Origin: Gammaproteobacteria bacterium
GTDB taxonomy: Bacteria > Pseudomonadota > Gammaproteobacteria > GCA-001735895
NCBI GenBank assembly: GCA_050298595.1
Contig: JBNKUM010000024.1
Location: forward strand, 32,001 to 96,000
DNA: 64,000 nt
Direction: 5' to 3'
Shown: positions 41,168 to 50,187 of the stretch, piece after piece
Layout: each line of letters opens with the position of its first letter
Position numbering within the stretch: the stretch's first letter is position 1
Translations under genes and position numbers: made by a program
Notes under the pieces: model-generated
Seen by the model: the letters and a program-made list of their open reading frames with translations, nothing else
What the model was told of the DNA's origin: nothing
The model's database searches: none

Positions 41168-41698
41168 TTATATATTACTGATTGCAGGTATTGCGACTGC
41201 AGCAACAATTCCGATCAAAGAAATGATAGGAAAAAACAACCCGAGGATTTTCACCCCCATAGGATTTTCATTAGGAGCAGCACCATAATCATTAACACCA
41301 TCGGTACCCGCCCCAAAAACCATATACAGCGTAAGTAGAAGATTAGCTAGCGGTACTATAAACAACAGCATCCACCAACCGCTGCGATTCAAATCATTCA
41401 TCCTGCGCTTACCAAACGTAAAGACTATTACCAGCAGCGCAATATAGACCACAGCCATAATAATAACCGCAAACACTGGCATGTCTGGCATGCCAGATTC
41501 GCCTGCACTCATGCCTCCAACGAGAGCCATAATGGGGATAGCTATAGCGGCAAGCACCAGATAGACGCCGGTAAGATAGGCCAGATAACGTAAGCGTCCG
41601 ATACGTCCGCTAAAGCTAAAGACAGTGGGTTGGTAGGTTTCATCCATATCAACAGCCAGAGATGCATCGGGGGTAGTATAGGGGTTTTGATCAGTCAT
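41168..41698 (-). CDS. DUF805 family membrane protein with N-terminal NPYTTPDASL motif
   Basis: FSFSGRIGRLRY, KRRMNDLNRSGWW, GTDGVNDYG. Confidence 0.88.
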   Translation of the reverse strand: MTDQNPYTTPDASLAVDMDETYQPTVFSFSGRIGRLRYLAYLTGVYLVLAAIAIPIMALVGGMSAGESGMPDMPVFAVIIMAVVYIALLVIVFTFGKRRMNDLNRSGWWMLLFIVPLANLLLTLYMVFGAGTDGVNDYGAAPNENPMGVKILGLFFPIISLIGIVAAVAIPAISNI

Positions 41699-41816
41699 AA
41701 AAGAGTCCTTGTTTTGTTAAAATTTCCGAATATTTTTTCGATTGCGCTCAAAAAAGTGCAGCCCATATTTAAAATATTCCAGCTACAGGAAGATAGCAAA
41801 AGACAGCATGTTTTGC

Positions 41817-43145
41817 TTAAAATATTCCGCTTCTTTTTAGTGCCATATATTCAGTCACCAAAGCCGAATGCATGGTCGAAGGCAAGGTGTCAACCACTAT
41901 CACATTATCGGATCTTAGCTCGGTTAGCATGGCTGCCTGTTTTTGTTGATGATTAACTGCACCGCAAAAGCTCAATGCATCACCCAGGGATATGACTTCC
42001 ATCTCCTGCGCATCACGAATAACCTGCTGGCGCATACTCGCCACTATGACCAGATGATGACGTGACAATAGGCGCACGGCCTGGGTAAGATCGTCTTTAT
42101 CTTCCGGCTCTAGCGAAGAGATTAATATCACCAGAGATCTTTTACTGTGCCGACTAATCAATTGCTGACTGACATCAATAAAATCGCTGGTTTCGATTGA
42201 GCTATCCAGGTCATAGATTTGTTCCAGCAACTGCGCGATCTGTCCACGGCCTTTAACCGGAGGAATCCATCGAGCCTGTCCGGCAAAACTCAACAGGCCA
42301 ATGCCATCCCCCTGGCGCAGCGCGATAAATGCTGATAGCAATAATGCATTCAAAGCATGATCAAAATGGCTAATATCCCCCTCTCTCGCACGCATGCGTC
42401 GCCCACAATCGAGCATGAAAATAATCTGCTGATCTTTTTCTTCCTGATATTCTCGCGAGATAGGACGATGAAATCTCGCGCTTGCCCGCCAGTCAATCTG
42501 GCGTAAGGAATCACCCTCACGAAAATCCCTTAACTGATAAAAATCAGTGCCTTCACCACGGCGCTGATTCAGATGAACACCAAGGTCTGCATACAACTGT
42601 TCACTATTAATCACCGATGAACGAAACAGGGGTTTGTAATTGGGATACACCTTGCTTTGTTGCGGCTGAGCATAATAGAAATTCTTTTCCCAAAGCTGCA
42701 TACGCGAGATAACCCGGCAACACACCTTTGAGAATTCGGCAGGTCCACGTCGGATAGCCGTGACATAATATCGCACATCAGCGAATTCTCCTGGCTTGAT
42801 ATCCAGCTTCACGGGTAGGCCCTGAATCTGCAATTGTGCAGGCGGGCTATCACTGACTGCCAGTTGAATAGGATGCCCCGATTGATTGCTAACACGCAGC
42901 TTAACCGCCTGCTTTACTCCTAGCGCCAGATGCGGTTCCAGACTGCGCTCCACCGTCAACTGAGGTCGAACGCGTAGCGCAAGGTAATCTATCAGGCTGA
43001 GAACCATCAGCAGCATAAGATAGCCCCAGAAAACAAACCTTATCTCCGCAGCAAATGGCCACTGCAGAATATTAGCAATTACGCTAATCAGAGCAATCAC
43101 CAGCCACAACAGGGCCAGCTTAATCAGCTTGACGGCAGGTCTCAT
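41817..43145 (-). CDS. DUF58 / vWA-like MoxR partner with N-terminal TMs
   Basis: GEGTDFYQLRDFREGDSLRQIDWRASAR, REYQEE, LDCGRRM, GDGIGL. Confidence 0.9.
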   Translation of the reverse strand: MRPAVKLIKLALLWLVIALISVIANILQWPFAAEIRFVFWGYLMLLMVLSLIDYLALRVRPQLTVERSLEPHLALGVKQAVKLRVSNQSGHPIQLAVSDSPPAQLQIQGLPVKLDIKPGEFADVRYYVTAIRRGPAEFSKVCCRVISRMQLWEKNFYYAQPQQSKVYPNYKPLFRSSVINSEQLYADLGVHLNQRRGEGTDFYQLRDFREGDSLRQIDWRASARFHRPISREYQEEKDQQIIFMLDCGRRMRAREGDISHFDHALNALLLSAFIALRQGDGIGLLSFAGQARWIPPVKGRGQIAQLLEQIYDLDSSIETSDFIDVSQQLISRHSKRSLVILISSLEPEDKDDLTQAVRLLSRHHLVIVASMRQQVIRDAQEMEVISLGDALSFCGAVNHQQKQAAMLTELRSDNVIVVDTLPSTMHSALVTEYMALKRSGIF

Positions 43146-44101
43146 GAACGTGGGGCATTAACCTTTTCAATCAAGCTGCCCAGTACTTCATCAGCATTCA
43201 ATCCATCAATCTCCACTTCAGGAGAAAGTATGATGCGGTGCCGCAGCACCGGCAGTGCTATAGATTTAACATCATCAGGGGTAACAAAATTATTGCCATG
43301 GATGAGCGCCAAAGCCTTGGCGCAGCGTAATAATGCAATACTTGCACGCGGCCCGGCACCGTGACGCAATAGCGTGGTAGCCCGTGTTTCACGCACCAGG
43401 TTAACGGCATACTCGGCTACCCGCTGATCAACCTCTACCTGGCTACAATACTGCTGAGCAGTCACCATATCTATCAGACTGGCTTTAGTTTCCTCAACCC
43501 TGGCAATTGACTTCGCCGCATAGCGAGTTGCCAGTATCACCTCGTTATCGAGTGAGGGATAGTCGATTTTTATCTTGATAATAAAACGATCCAGCTCGGC
43601 CTCGGGTAAAGCATAAGTACCTTCCTGCTCGATTGGATTTTGTGTGGCCAACACCATAAAGGGGTGATCAATCGACAAAGATTGACCATCCAGAGTGACC
43701 TGATATTCCTGCATCACTTCCAGTAACGAGGCCTGTGTTTTAGCGGGTGCCCGGTTTATTTCATCGGCCAGTAATAGATTGGTGAATATTGGCCCGCGTT
43801 TAAGCACAAACTTACTCTTTGCCATATCGAACATCACATGCCCGGTGACATCGCCTGGCATCAGGTCAGGGGTAAATTGTATTCGTTTAAAAGCGGCACC
43901 TATACCTGATGCGAATGCCTGCACCAGAAGGGTTTTACCCAGCCCAGGTACACCCTCTATCAGTACATGCCCCCCTGCCAGCATCGCAATCAATACCTGA
44001 TCAACGACATTCGACTGTCCGATTAATCTCTGGTTGACATGCTCCTTTAGCGCAGCCAGCGAGGCAGAGATGGTTTCCAGAGAAGCGCTTGTATCATTCA
44101 T
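43142..44101 (-). CDS. MoxR family AAA+ ATPase
   Basis: EGVPGLGKT, RIQFTPDLMPGD, LLADEINRAPAKTQ, ATQNPIEQEGTY.LPEAELDRF. Confidence 0.95.
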   Translation of the reverse strand: MNDTSASLETISASLAALKEHVNQRLIGQSNVVDQVLIAMLAGGHVLIEGVPGLGKTLLVQAFASGIGAAFKRIQFTPDLMPGDVTGHVMFDMAKSKFVLKRGPIFTNLLLADEINRAPAKTQASLLEVMQEYQVTLDGQSLSIDHPFMVLATQNPIEQEGTYALPEAELDRFIIKIKIDYPSLDNEVILATRYAAKSIARVEETKASLIDMVTAQQYCSQVEVDQRVAEYAVNLVRETRATTLLRHGAGPRASIALLRCAKALALIHGNNFVTPDDVKSIALPVLRHRIILSPEVEIDGLNADEVLGSLIEKVNAPRS

Positions 44102-45372
44102 AATAAATTCTCAATTTGTTTTAATAATCGCACCGTCTGTACGAATGTGAGTTCATTGTGTTGTGTTGAATTAAATGCCTTTTCCACTGTTTTTAAATCT
44201 AGCCCACAGCGTTGACTGATAAGCTGCAACTTATCGTCCATTACACTGGCGCGGTTAATAACTGGATAGGCGAGCGCGGCGCGCCGCATCACTTTATTGC
44301 GCAACGGTGTTAACAGATGTGCGCTCGCTTTACGGTGCCATAAATAGTTAGCGGTCGCAGCAAAATGCACGCCCAGAGAGCGCGCAGCAGCAGGATTACT
44401 GATTTCTATACGCCCAAAACGATGACTTAGATGCCAGAGTAATAGCGATACCAGCAGCGCCAGAGCAATCAGAAATTCACTTGCGGAATCAACTGCCAGA
44501 GCCCACAGACTCGGTCTATCCAGCGGCTTGAAAAGAGCGATATCACCATCCTTGGAAATCAGCATCCACAGTAGAAAAGCATGGTCAAACTGATGAATAC
44601 GCCGGGAAGTCCAGATACCTGGATCGGAGAGTATGGTTAGCAGCCCATCACCCACTTCAAACTGCATCATATGAACCCCATGTTCAGATGAGCTCCAGCT
44701 AAAAGGCCGGGATTCCAGTTCATCTTCCTGATCACTGTTAAAAGCGGGATGGGTTAAAACCTTTTGCGCATTAAAGGCTATTTCCAGTACGCCAATCTCG
44801 TCACCAAAATCTACTTCAGTCATCAGTCCATCATCAGCAAACGACTGGGCAATTTCTTCGGGTGTCATACCCTGGTCAATTTTTTCATTATATTCGCGCA
44901 TTAGATCGCTTAAGGACTTATCCTTGTTATTGTTGTTTTCTCCATCAGCAGTATCCTTATCAGACTGTTCTTCCTGATACCACTCCACCCCTACATCGAA
45001 CCTGTCCAGCAACAGATCACCTTCCTGTGATACAGAACTCGCAGCAACAATCAGATTACCGCCCTGCTCCAGCCACTCCAGCACCTTTTCCAGCTGGCGT
45101 GGATTGGCCACCTGATTAACATCGGTAATCATTACCGTGCTCACGCCTTCCAGCTGATCCAGTCGCATCAGGCTTTCTGCCTGTTTCACCTCAACACCCG
45201 CCTGTTGCAGGAAATACTGCGCGGCCAGATAGGGATTAGTCAATGCCTCGGTTGACCAGGGTGTTTTTTCGTTTTCCTGATAAAACTCGATATTGGAATA
45301 AATCTGCCAGGCCAACACTCCAGCAAGGCCTAACAGCAGCAGAGCTTTCACATGAAGATTAATCGATGGCAT
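44098..45372 (-). CDS. DUF4350 domain membrane-anchored protein
   Basis: N-terminal TM, NPYLAA, WLEQGGNLIV, second TM followed by RFG; position in the MoxR operon. Start moved to ATG 45372. Confidence 0.75.
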   Translation of the reverse strand: MPSINLHVKALLLLGLAGVLAWQIYSNIEFYQENEKTPWSTEALTNPYLAAQYFLQQAGVEVKQAESLMRLDQLEGVSTVMITDVNQVANPRQLEKVLEWLEQGGNLIVAASSVSQEGDLLLDRFDVGVEWYQEEQSDKDTADGENNNNKDKSLSDLMREYNEKIDQGMTPEEIAQSFADDGLMTEVDFGDEIGVLEIAFNAQKVLTHPAFNSDQEDELESRPFSWSSSEHGVHMMQFEVGDGLLTILSDPGIWTSRRIHQFDHAFLLWMLISKDGDIALFKPLDRPSLWALAVDSASEFLIALALLVSLLLWHLSHRFGRIEISNPAAARSLGVHFAATANYLWHRKASAHLLTPLRNKVMRRAALAYPVINRASVMDDKLQLISQRCGLDLKTVEKAFNSTQHNELTFVQTVRLLKQIENLL

Positions 45373-46873
45373 TAGACATCTCTCTGGACCAGGTTTTGCA
45401 CAGTGCCTCAATCAACTGTGTACTTGGCAGCCGATGTCCATAAGCCAGGTTACACCAGGCAACAGTGATTTGCTCAAAGTACTGACTCAAGGACTGCACA
45501 CCCTGTTTTTTTACCAACGCCGCACATTCTGCTTCGGTGTGGCTAGGCTTGAATGTTAACTCATACTGCTCGATCAGGTGCGACAATGCTGCACGATACA
45601 GTAGTCCTAATGATTCTCGATGCTGGCCGCTATTCCACAGCTGCATAACCTGGCTCGGGACATCTTCGGGCAAGCTATCCGGGGTCACATCAAGACCAAA
45701 CATAACCTCTGGTTTATTGATACTACGTTTGACCGGTTTCAGGCTTGAGAGTGGCCCGCGATAGCGATACAACAGATATCCCAGCAGGCAAACAAACACA
45801 ATAATAAGAATGATCTTGATCCAGACAGCAGGGGAAAATAGTCTGTCTTCATGATCATTGTGAGCAGACCAGTCGAAGTTGGCTAAAAACCAGTCGACCA
45901 GATCAATCATCCACTGTGGAATCTTATCCTTATTTTCTTCAACCACATTTTTAAAGCGCCATTTTTCTACACTTACCTCGCGACCAAAATCTTCTCCCTT
46001 GAGGATTTCATTAATGGTTTCGCTGGCAGTTTTCCGATCATAATTATCTACGGCATAACTGCTGGAAGGTGTACCCGACAGTAGCAGGGTCAACAGCATG
46101 GCCGCAAGCATCAACCCACTGAGCTTAGCTGTTGAGCTCTGTTTACGAGCTACCAGATTGCGAAAAGTAATCTCTATATCCCAGGCTTCCAGCTCGATAC
46201 GACGATTCAGATAAAGCGCAAATCCAGCCATTGAATAAAATGGCATCACAGCGAAGATCGCAGTAAATGCGCACAGTGTATACAGCCATTTCCCAATCAG
46301 GGTTAATTTATTGGCTGAGTCATAAATTTCGAGCCCGAAATCATCCGGCACAAAAAAAAGTATGCCTGAGAACAGACCCAGGCAAACGATCAATTCGAAC
46401 ATAAAACAGATAATCTGATTACTAAACGCAATGTCGATGCTTTTACCGTGTAATACGCTAAGACGTTGCTTACGTGGCTTACCCTTTAGCCCTTCAAGTA
46501 CAGTGACCGGGGCGCTATAAGCACGCTGCAATGAAAACCTGCGCCATAGCAGCCAGGCCAGCACATCGTTAAAATAAACCGATTTTATCTTCGCCAGCAC
46601 CTCATACAGCGTTATCTGTTCGCCGAAGATTCTCCGACTGCTGAAGTAAAGCGGTAAGCGTTCCCAGAACGGTTTTAACCACCAGATAATGAAAAGTGCA
46701 ATAAAGGGTTGGTCAAAAAAGAGGATTGATAACGGAATGAATACAGTCAGTGCAGGCAATAGCCCGCACAACAGCAGCGTCAGCCACCAGGCACGCGCCA
46801 TCAAAAAACCCAGATCCAGTGCCTGCCAGCCCGATCTTACATTGGCCCCTATTTCTAACTTATCCAGGTTCAA
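45359..46873 (-). CDS. DUF4129 domain membrane protein
   Basis: RSGWQALDLG, WWLKP, YLNRRIELEAWDIE, LLYRAAL...TEAEC...AYGH. Confidence 0.8.
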   Translation of the reverse strand: MNLDKLEIGANVRSGWQALDLGFLMARAWWLTLLLCGLLPALTVFIPLSILFFDQPFIALFIIWWLKPFWERLPLYFSSRRIFGEQITLYEVLAKIKSVYFNDVLAWLLWRRFSLQRAYSAPVTVLEGLKGKPRKQRLSVLHGKSIDIAFSNQIICFMFELIVCLGLFSGILFFVPDDFGLEIYDSANKLTLIGKWLYTLCAFTAIFAVMPFYSMAGFALYLNRRIELEAWDIEITFRNLVARKQSSTAKLSGLMLAAMLLTLLLSGTPSSSYAVDNYDRKTASETINEILKGEDFGREVSVEKWRFKNVVEENKDKIPQWMIDLVDWFLANFDWSAHNDHEDRLFSPAVWIKIILIIVFVCLLGYLLYRYRGPLSSLKPVKRSINKPEVMFGLDVTPDSLPEDVPSQVMQLWNSGQHRESLGLLYRAALSHLIEQYELTFKPSHTEAECAALVKKQGVQSLSQYFEQITVAWCNLAYGHRLPSTQLIEALCKTWSREMSNAID

Positions 46874-47816
46874 ATCGCTTACCCGACAGACAGTAGATAA
46901 TCACTAGTAACCAGAAAAAACCACCTACGCCATATTTCACGGCTATAGGGATAGTGCTACTTGAAGACCAGAAGGCTTCTAAAAAGGCAGCAATCACCAG
47001 CATCAGGATAATGCCATACAATAAAGGGATAACCTCTAACCCTGCTCTGCGCAAGGCACTCACCCGAGTAAAGGGGCCTGGGTTAATAATTGAATACCCC
47101 AGCCTGAGGCCTGCAGCACCACTGAATACGATGGCGGTTAATTCAAAAGCGCTATGACCGACGACAAAGGGATAAAAAGTATCTATGAAATCAAGCCGAG
47201 TCAGATGCCCAGCCACGCTGCCGATATGTAATCCATTGTAAAAAAGGACCAAAAGAGTCCCAATCCCCGCCATCAAACCACCGGCAAAACAGCGAAAGGC
47301 AATGCTTATATTATTCAGGATATAAAACCCAAACATATAAATATCCGTATCGGACTCGCGTTCACGCCCCAGCTTGACCGCCGAAGCGTCATACATCTGT
47401 TCCAAATGTCGCACATCCTGGGCATCCATGATGCTATATACCGCCACATCATCCAGATAAACCCAGAGCCCGGCTATCAGGCCCGGTAATACAAACACCA
47501 GCAGGGATGCAATGATAAAAAAGCGCTGTTGATAGATAGTATGAGGGAACTGGCGTATCAAAAATGAAAATAGATTCAGGCGTCCGCCCTTCTGGTATCG
47601 ATACAGTTCACGATATAAACGCAACACCAGTTTATTCAAGCGCTCAATTAACGCCGTATCATACAGGCGCTGTTTGGCAAGAGAGAGGTGCTGACACAGC
47701 AGCATATAGTGATCTGAAAGCAGGATGCTGTTGTGCTCGCTGGCGGGTTTATCCAGTGACTTTTCAATCGCTTGCCAGGTTTGCTGATGCTGTTTTTCAA
47801 ACAATTGCTGTTTCAT
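46860..47816 (-). CDS. SpoIIM (DUF95) family membrane protein
   Basis: LCQHLSLA, YILNNISIAF..FAGG, NGLHIG, VVGHSAFELTAI. Start moved to ATG 47816. Confidence 0.88.
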   Translation of the reverse strand: MKQQLFEKQHQQTWQAIEKSLDKPASEHNSILLSDHYMLLCQHLSLAKQRLYDTALIERLNKLVLRLYRELYRYQKGGRLNLFSFLIRQFPHTIYQQRFFIIASLLVFVLPGLIAGLWVYLDDVAVYSIMDAQDVRHLEQMYDASAVKLGRERESDTDIYMFGFYILNNISIAFRCFAGGLMAGIGTLLVLFYNGLHIGSVAGHLTRLDFIDTFYPFVVGHSAFELTAIVFSGAAGLRLGYSIINPGPFTRVSALRRAGLEVIPLLYGIILMLVIAAFLEAFWSSSSTIPIAVKYGVGGFFWLLVIIYCLSGKRFEPG

Positions 47817-47851
47817 GCTAAACACCGTAATTGAATTGCGCGCAGCTTCAT
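47813..47851 (-). other. 12-codon mini-ORF (MKLRAIQLRCLA) linking RDD and SpoIIM
   Basis: Its ATG overlaps the RDD stop (ATGA) and its TGA overlaps the SpoIIM start (ATGA). Confidence 0.4.
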
Positions 47852-48528
47852 TGCACCCCCAGAAACCATGCACCGATGCGGTGTAACTGGGTGACCTTAT
47901 CGTCATCCTTATTATGCGTTATACCATCCAGAATACTGGCAAGTTCCTGTTGGCGCGGATCGGACAGCTGCTGGCTTCTATGCAAAAAATCGACTATGGC
48001 GGTTTGCTCGTTGCGCAGCAGAGCGGTGGGGGGGGGCAGTGGCCGGATATCATTGATACTGGTTGGCCTTGCTGCTTCCTTAACGCTAATCACCAGAGTG
48101 CCTGCTGCCAGGTCGCCCAGACGTTGAAAGCGACCATTAGAAACCATAGTGACTAATCCGGCCAGATAACAGAATGGCAGGAAATCGACACTACGTAGCA
48201 AATTTCTAAGCATTGATGCACCGAAGCTAACCGGTGTTAAGTCATCGTGTACCACGCTGATGCCCATCATCTTTTTACCCGGAGTCTGCCCGCGCCTGAA
48301 CACTTCAAAAATAACGGGATAAAACCACTCGATCAGAAACAGCGTGATATACCAGAAACCAGTGCCAACTCTGCCGAAAGGAATCATCGCCAGAGTCAGG
48401 ATAAAGAGAACAATGCCACGGATCGCAAGATCAATTATAAACGCGAGAAAGCGCGGAATAGGACCGACCAGTTGCGCTTCAAGCTCTATGCCCCCGGGTA
48501 TCTCTGCCCGGTAATTAGTGTCCAACAA
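47848..48528 (-). CDS. RDD family membrane protein
   Basis: RFLAFIID, GQTPGKK, RNLLRSVD, QRLGDLAAGT. Confidence 0.92.
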   Translation of the reverse strand: MLDTNYRAEIPGGIELEAQLVGPIPRFLAFIIDLAIRGIVLFILTLAMIPFGRVGTGFWYITLFLIEWFYPVIFEVFRRGQTPGKKMMGISVVHDDLTPVSFGASMLRNLLRSVDFLPFCYLAGLVTMVSNGRFQRLGDLAAGTLVISVKEAARPTSINDIRPLPPPTALLRNEQTAIVDFLHRSQQLSDPRQQELASILDGITHNKDDDKVTQLHRIGAWFLGVQ

Positions 48529-48540
48529 CGAGAGGCTCTC

Positions 48541-49296
48541 TTATTCCGCCAGCGTGTGGGCTTCAGCGCCAAACAGCTTGATATGGACCATTGACATGGT
48601 AAGCACCGACCAGGGAATAACCCAGATATAGGCTATACCGAGGGTGAAAATCGCCAGTGAATTGACCAGCAGAAGAATCAGCAGCAATCCAAATATTGAA
48701 AACCATTTGCGGGTCAGGGCCTTACGCGAAACCTCCAGCGCCTGCCAGGGGGTCATATTTTTCTCAACAATCAGCGGTAAGGCATACATGTACGCCACCA
48801 TTAAATAGATACCCGGAAGTACAAATAATAATAGCCCCAATATAATCAAAGGAGTCATTATGATATAGCATAAAACCAGTGCTGGAATCTTATGGAAGTA
48901 CTGGAACACCGCACTAGCAGAGCTGGGTTTATTTGCAGCATGCCGAATCCCCATAATATGAATCGCCATGAACATTGGCATGGTTGCAATGCTGGCAACC
49001 ATCTGCAACAGTTGGGCAATGAAAGCGGCAGTATCTTTATCAACACCCAGAGCTGCTACTCCCATGCTAATGGGAATAACGAGTATCGCGACAATAATGG
49101 AGACGATAAAATATAACAGGAAAGCAATATGACAGCGCGTCTTAAAGCCTTTCAGGTTTTTCCAGGCCTCACCCAGAGTACCGGTCATACTGATTTCTAT
49201 ATTTCCAGCAATAGCCTGTTCAGGCGAACCACCGATACGCTCACTAGAGGAAGTATTATCAAGATCAGATTGGGGGGTAGCGTAGATATTGTTCAT
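48541..49296 (-). CDS. Multi-pass membrane protein (DUF975/BPSS1780-like) with N-terminal NIYATPQSDL motif
   Basis: EAW, LLFVLPGIYL, PWQALEVSRK pattern. Start moved to ATG 49296 (GGAG RBS). Ends 12 bp upstream of the RDD gene. Confidence 0.75.
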   Translation of the reverse strand: MNNIYATPQSDLDNTSSSERIGGSPEQAIAGNIEISMTGTLGEAWKNLKGFKTRCHIAFLLYFIVSIIVAILVIPISMGVAALGVDKDTAAFIAQLLQMVASIATMPMFMAIHIMGIRHAANKPSSASAVFQYFHKIPALVLCYIIMTPLIILGLLLFVLPGIYLMVAYMYALPLIVEKNMTPWQALEVSRKALTRKWFSIFGLLLILLLVNSLAIFTLGIAYIWVIPWSVLTMSMVHIKLFGAEAHTLAE

Positions 49297-49450
49297 ACAA
49301 AACTCCATGTATTCATTAAATTTCTATAGCCCGCGCATCCTATAATAATTTCACCCAGACATACAAGCATGATTTTGAACAGTTGATAGGGGCCTGTAAC
49401 ACTGAGGGTAGTCCGTACCCCCCTTTGTTATTTCATCACTTTAGGTATCG

Positions 49451-50017
49451 CTAGAATTTTTTTGTAACATTTAATGCCTGTTTTATCTTATCAATATCCA
49501 GCTTCTCAACCAGAGTGAGTAGCTCTGGGTATATCCGGCCATGATATCCATAACCACCATTTTTCAGTTCGTCTATTGCCTGGGCCTTTGACCAGTTGTT
49601 GAAAATAATTCGGTAAGCGGCAATGGTGACACCCGTTCTATCTGAGCCATGCCAGCAGTGTATTAAGATGGGGCCTTTTCTATTGTTGATAATCTGCATG
49701 GCCTGAATAATCTGCTTCTGGGTGATGGCACCCGTTTGCATTTTAATTCTATGCAGTACAAATTTTTCTTCCCCAATTTCATTTTTATCGCTGTGATACT
49801 CTCTTAAATTCAGCACTTCCTGAATCCCAAGGGCCACCAGGTTATCGATATCATCATCGTCAGGTTGCTCTGACCGATATACACCTTTGTCAACCTGGTA
49901 CAGGTTATCAAGACCCGTTCCAATGATCGGTTTCCCCCAGTCATCAGGTCTTAATCGAGGCTCTGCATCAGCGTTAGCAGAGATAAGCAGTAAAAGAATT
50001 ATCAGGTATCTGGTCAT
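49451..50017 (-). CDS. Exported dual-specificity / tyrosine phosphatase family protein
   Basis: Signal peptide ending ADA; YRSEQP, VLNLR, P-loop HCWHGSDRTG. Confidence 0.88.
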   Translation of the reverse strand: MTRYLIILLLLISANADAEPRLRPDDWGKPIIGTGLDNLYQVDKGVYRSEQPDDDDIDNLVALGIQEVLNLREYHSDKNEIGEEKFVLHRIKMQTGAITQKQIIQAMQIINNRKGPILIHCWHGSDRTGVTIAAYRIIFNNWSKAQAIDELKNGGYGYHGRIYPELLTLVEKLDIDKIKQALNVTKKF

Positions 50018-50187
50018 TTAATTTTTCATTTAAACAGTTTCAGCTGTTACAAACAGGGTAGAGGCTGAAGCCATATTAGCAACATTTTGCATGATGAAAA
50101 GCCCAATGTTCAGGTAAAATCATTATTTACTTTTCAAACCCTGCTGACAGTTAGCTGTTCAGCTTTATGGACTCTAATTAATTTACC

